This document shows positions 58,955 to 63,832 of a DNA stretch of 63,832 nt, piece after piece. The notes below the pieces were generated by a model. It searched no databases. It was not told the DNA's origin and saw only the letters and a list, made by a program, of their open reading frames with translations. This DNA is from an uncultured Flavobacteriales bacterium (GTDB taxonomy: Bacteria > Bacteroidota > Bacteroidia > Flavobacteriales > Flavobacteriaceae): positions 1-63,832 of the forward strand of contig CAJWCT010000001.1 of NCBI GenBank assembly GCA_913031385.1. Reading direction: 5' to 3'. Each line of letters opens with the position of its first letter. Within the stretch, counting starts at the first letter, position 1. A program made the translations under genes and the position numbers.

Positions 58955-61435
58955 ATGAGACTAATCTATAACTCTATCATATTACTACTATTTATTAATA
59001 TTCAAGCTTTTTCTCAGAATATTCAATCTCCAAGTGAATTTCTTGGATATGAAATTGGAACACAATTTTCTAGACATAGCCAGGTAATAGACTATTTTGA
59101 CTACGTATCAAACAAATTACCAGAAAATGTAATAATGGAAAAATATGGGAAAACCTACGAGAGAAGACCTCTTTATTTAGCATATATTTCATCAAAGGAG
59201 AATATTAAGAACATTGATTTAATAAGAAAAAATAATTTAAGTAATGCTGGAGTTATTAAAAAGGAGATAAATTCTAGTATAAATAAAGATATAGCAATTG
59301 TATGGTTGAGTTATAACGTTCATGGAAATGAATCATCATCAACTGAGGCTTCTATGAAAACTCTTTATCTTCTTTTAACTAAAAATTCAAATTTACTTGA
59401 TAATACTATTGTTATCATTGACCCATGTATAAACCCAGATGGTAGAGACAGGTATGCAAACTGGTATAACCAAACTGTAACAATACCTTATAATACAAAC
59501 TCTAAGTCTAGAGAACATGATGAGCCTTGGCCAGGAGGTAGAGCGAATCATTATTTGTATGATTTAAATAGAGATTGGGCTTGGATAACTCAAACCGAAT
59601 CAAAATCAAGATTAAAAATATATAATAAATGGCTTCCTCATGTTCATGTAGACTATCATGAACAGGGAATTGATAATCCTTACTATTTTGCACCAGCAGT
59701 TGAGCCCTATCATGAAATTATATCTAAATGGCAGCGTGATTTTCAAAAAGAAATCGGAAAAAATAATGCAAAATATTTTGATCAAAATGGATGGCTATAT
59801 TTTACAAAAGAAACCTTTGATTTACTTTATCCAAGTTATGGAGACACGTATCCAACATATTTAGGGGCTATTGGAATGACTTATGAAAAAGCAGGTGGAG
59901 GCGTTGCTGGTTTAGGAATTTTAAATTCGGAAAATAAAGTTTTAACACTAGTTGATAGAGTTAATCACCATACAACAACTGGAATATCAACAGTTGAAAT
60001 ATCATCAATTAATGCAAAAAAATTAAATGATGAATTTAAATTATTTTTTAACAATAATTCTGAAGTAAAAAATTACATTTTAAGAGGAGAAAAAGATAAA
60101 ATAGATACATTAAAAGAGCTATTAGATCAACATGAAATAATTTATTCTAGTGGAAAACCGAATAAAACTTCAGCCTATAGCTATAATAAAAATGAAAATA
60201 AAAACATAGAAATAAAAAATTCTGACCTTATAATTTCTGTAAATCAACCCAAAGGAAAATTAGTTGATGTTCTTTTTGAACAAAATGCTAAACTTAGTGA
60301 TTCAATAACCTACGATATAACAGCTTGGAGTCTACCATATGCATACGGATTAGAAGCTTATGTAACTACCAAATCAATTGTAGAATCAAAACACTCAGAC
60401 TTAATTAAAGAAAATAAGTATGATGAAAAAGCTATAGCATATGGAGTTAAGTGGAATCATTTAAAAGATGCTAAGTTTTTGACAGATCTATTAACAACAA
60501 AGTTAAAAGTTAGATTTAATAAAACTGAACTTGTAAACAATGGAATTAAGTATAATCCTGGGTCTTTAATTATTTATAAAGGTGATCAAAATAATGAATC
60601 AATGTTTAAGGAAGTTATTGGATTAGCCAATAAACACAATAGAAAATTAAATCCAATTTATTCAGGAATGTCAGATAATGGTCCTGATTTAGGCTCATCC
60701 TCTATAGAATTAATTAAAAATAAAAATATTGCTATTTTAACTGGTGATGGATCTGGAGATGGAGTTTCGTCTTTAAATTATGGCGCAATATGGTACTTTT
60801 TTGAGCAAGAAATAAATTATCCTTTGACTCATATAAATATAAATAAATTTAATAGAATAGATATTAATGAATTTGATGTTTTAATAATACCTGATGGATA
60901 TTATTTCTCTATTAAGAACGAAAAAAATACAGAAAAAATGGAATCTTGGCTAAAAAATGGTGGTAAAATAATAGCATTTAGTAAAGCTCTTAGCATATTT
61001 AGTAATAGTAAGAGTTTTAAACTAAAATCCAAGACAACTAATACAAATTTAACAGAAGAAAAAATACTTTATAAAGATCAAAGAAGAAATAGAGTTAATA
61101 ATATGATCTCTGGAGCAATTTTTAAAGTTGAGCTAGACAATTCCCATCCTATGGCTTTTGGATATTCAAAAGATTATTATTCCTTAAAAATTGGTTCAAG
61201 TTCTTATGAATTACTTAAAAAGGGTTATAATGTCGGAGTTATAAAAGATAATCCTAAACCGGTATCAGGGTTCAGTGGAAAAAATGCTCTAAAAAAATTA
61301 GAAAATTCTATGATATTTGGTCATGAAACCTTTGGGAAAGGAGATATTGTATATTTTGCTGACAACCCGCTTTTTAGAAGTTTCTGGGAAAATGGGAAAT
61401 TATTTTTTGTTAATTCAATATTTTTTGTGGATTAA
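58955..61435 (+). CDS. Large secreted M14-family zinc carboxypeptidase-like protein
   Basis: Signal peptide MRLIYNSIILLLFINIQAFSQ and M14 HxxE motif (YNVHGNESSSTEA). 826 aa with no T9SS CTD. Confidence 0.8.
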   Translation: MRLIYNSIILLLFINIQAFSQNIQSPSEFLGYEIGTQFSRHSQVIDYFDYVSNKLPENVIMEKYGKTYERRPLYLAYISSKENIKNIDLIRKNNLSNAGVIKKEINSSINKDIAIVWLSYNVHGNESSSTEASMKTLYLLLTKNSNLLDNTIVIIDPCINPDGRDRYANWYNQTVTIPYNTNSKSREHDEPWPGGRANHYLYDLNRDWAWITQTESKSRLKIYNKWLPHVHVDYHEQGIDNPYYFAPAVEPYHEIISKWQRDFQKEIGKNNAKYFDQNGWLYFTKETFDLLYPSYGDTYPTYLGAIGMTYEKAGGGVAGLGILNSENKVLTLVDRVNHHTTTGISTVEISSINAKKLNDEFKLFFNNNSEVKNYILRGEKDKIDTLKELLDQHEIIYSSGKPNKTSAYSYNKNENKNIEIKNSDLIISVNQPKGKLVDVLFEQNAKLSDSITYDITAWSLPYAYGLEAYVTTKSIVESKHSDLIKENKYDEKAIAYGVKWNHLKDAKFLTDLLTTKLKVRFNKTELVNNGIKYNPGSLIIYKGDQNNESMFKEVIGLANKHNRKLNPIYSGMSDNGPDLGSSSIELIKNKNIAILTGDGSGDGVSSLNYGAIWYFFEQEINYPLTHININKFNRIDINEFDVLIIPDGYYFSIKNEKNTEKMESWLKNGGKIIAFSKALSIFSNSKSFKLKSKTTNTNLTEEKILYKDQRRNRVNNMISGAIFKVELDNSHPMAFGYSKDYYSLKIGSSSYELLKKGYNVGVIKDNPKPVSGFSGKNALKKLENSMIFGHETFGKGDIVYFADNPLFRSFWENGKLFFVNSIFFVD

Positions 61436-62747
61436 TAATACCCTGTTTTATTACACTAGCATACAGGTCAAAATCTGAAGCATCAACAATTTTAGCTTTT
61501 ACAAACTCCCCTACTTTTAAGTAAGTTTTTCTTGCATCAATTAGAACTTCATTGTCAACGTCAGGGGAATCAAATTCAGTTCTCCCTACAAAGTAATTTC
61601 CTCTTTTTCTATCAATTATAATATCTAATTCTTTACCAATTTTTTTCTGATTTAATTCCCACGAGATTTCAGACTGAATCTCCATTATTTCATTTGCACG
61701 TTCTCTTTTTATATCTTCTGGAACATTATCAATTAAATTATAGGCATGAGTATTCTCCTCATGAGAATATGTAAAGCATCCTAGTCTGTCAAACTTTATT
61801 TCTTTAACCCAATCTTTCAACAAACTAAAATCGGATTCTGTTTCCCCTGGATAACCTACAATTATAGTAGTTCTAATTGCAATACCAGGAACTTTATTTC
61901 TTATTTTTTTAATTAAATCATTAATTTTTTCTTTAGAACTACCTCTCCTCATACTTTTCAAAATTTTGTCAGATATATGCTGAAGAGGTATATCAATGTA
62001 ATTACAGACTTTTGGTTCTGATTTTATAACTTCTAATAAATCCAATGGAAATCCTGTTGGAAACGCATAATGCAATCTTATCCATTGAATCCCATCAATA
62101 TGTGCTAAATATTTCAAAAGCTCTGATAAATTTCTTTTTTTATATATATCTAGACCATAAAATGTTAAATCTTGAGCAATTAGAATCAACTCTTTAACCC
62201 CTTTTTCTGCTAATTTTCTGGCTTCTACTAATATCTCATCAATTGGTCTGCTTTTATGTTTTCCTCTCATTAATGGAATTGCACAAAAACTACAAGTTCT
62301 GTCACAACCTTCTGATATTTTTAGATATGCATAATTCTTTGGAGTAGTAATTAATCTTTCACCAACTAGTTCATGAAGGTAATCAGCTCCTAGTTCTTTA
62401 AGTAGATTAGGCATCTCAGTAGTTCCAAAATAATGATCAACATCTGGAATTTCCTTACATAGATCAGATTTATATCTTTCACTTAGACATCCAGTAACAT
62501 AGACTTTGTCAATTTCTCCACTTTTCTTCTTATCTACGTAGTCAAGAATAGTATTTATACTTTCTTCTTTAGCATTATTAATAAATCCACAAGTATTAAT
62601 AACAACTATATTACCTTTCTTTTCATGAACCACCTTCTTTTTATTGGCTTTAAGTTGACCCATTAAAACTTCACTATCATATATGTTTTTACTACATCCA
62701 AGTGTAATAACATTTATAATATTCTTATCTAAAGATTTTGTTCTCAA
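61410..62747 (-). CDS. rimO: Ribosomal protein S12 methylthiotransferase
   Basis: MTTase N-terminal Cys triad (LGCSKN, NTCGF, VTGC), radical-SAM CDRTCSFC, and a C-terminal TRAM domain. 445 aa. Confidence 0.93.
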   Translation of the reverse strand: MRTKSLDKNIINVITLGCSKNIYDSEVLMGQLKANKKKVVHEKKGNIVVINTCGFINNAKEESINTILDYVDKKKSGEIDKVYVTGCLSERYKSDLCKEIPDVDHYFGTTEMPNLLKELGADYLHELVGERLITTPKNYAYLKISEGCDRTCSFCAIPLMRGKHKSRPIDEILVEARKLAEKGVKELILIAQDLTFYGLDIYKKRNLSELLKYLAHIDGIQWIRLHYAFPTGFPLDLLEVIKSEPKVCNYIDIPLQHISDKILKSMRRGSSKEKINDLIKKIRNKVPGIAIRTTIIVGYPGETESDFSLLKDWVKEIKFDRLGCFTYSHEENTHAYNLIDNVPEDIKRERANEIMEIQSEISWELNQKKIGKELDIIIDRKRGNYFVGRTEFDSPDVDNEVLIDARKTYLKVGEFVKAKIVDASDFDLYASVIKQGIINPQKILN

Positions 62748-62753
62748 GGAATC

Positions 62754-63832
<1,079 letters not shown>

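Noticed and set aside
4556-59864. The remaining 60-100-aa track ORFs nested in or antisense to larger genes: 4556-4747, 7558-7761, 9321-9572, 9458-9754, 10688-10933, 27118-27366, 27556-27744, 29126-29323, 34325-34594, 37025-37225, 38026-38220, 40203-40394, 43868-44077, 44117-44344, 45946-46215, 46239-46475, 49781-49969, 51095-51316, 51691-51891, 59508-59693 and 59658-59864.
   Set aside because: Each overlaps a confidently identified gene almost completely. None resembles a known family. They are not reported as features.

Overview
This window is a very AT-rich (roughly 30% G+C by eye, not computed), tightly packed chromosomal segment. It is almost certainly from a small-genome marine member of Bacteroidota/Flavobacteriia. 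The evidence for that placement is two secreted peptidases ending in T9SS C-terminal sorting domains, BshC, DUF5683, a long-form LepB next to WbqC, a relA-fur-purA-OstA-aminotransferase gene order, and repeated exact matches to the Bacteroidetes -7 promoter box TAnnTTTG upstream of start codons. I call about 52 protein-coding genes, two of them cut by the window edges (purL at the left, ftsY at the right). Nearly all are housekeeping: purine/pyrimidine synthesis (purL, purA, guaA, pyrG, udk, ndk); a MarR-fadN-fadA-fadE beta-oxidation operon; B12-dependent methylmalonyl-CoA mutase; DNA maintenance (mutL, recF, DUF721, parA); the secretion/insertion machinery (lepB, yidC, ftsY); stringent response (relA/spoT, fur); and RNA modification (mnmA, rimO, a TrmH-family methyltransferase). 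I found no rRNA, tRNA, riboswitch-sized leader, CRISPR array, transposase, integrase or phage gene. The largest non-coding gap is 128 bp, and about ten neighbouring gene pairs overlap. I do not see a convincing novel multi-gene system, so this looks like core syntenic genome. The items most worth a second look are these. (1) An in-frame (Pro-Glu)n hexanucleotide repeat forms an N-terminal extension of FtsY and runs off the window. (2) A class-III aminotransferase has a conserved N-terminal ~70 codons that are open in frame but preceded by no ATG/GTG/TTG. (3) MutL has non-canonical residues at the endonuclease motif positions and sits in a mutL-rhomboid-rhomboid-EEP string. (4) parB, and also dapB, are absent from their usual flavobacterial positions beside parA. 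(5) Divergent gene pairs carry interleaved -7 boxes.
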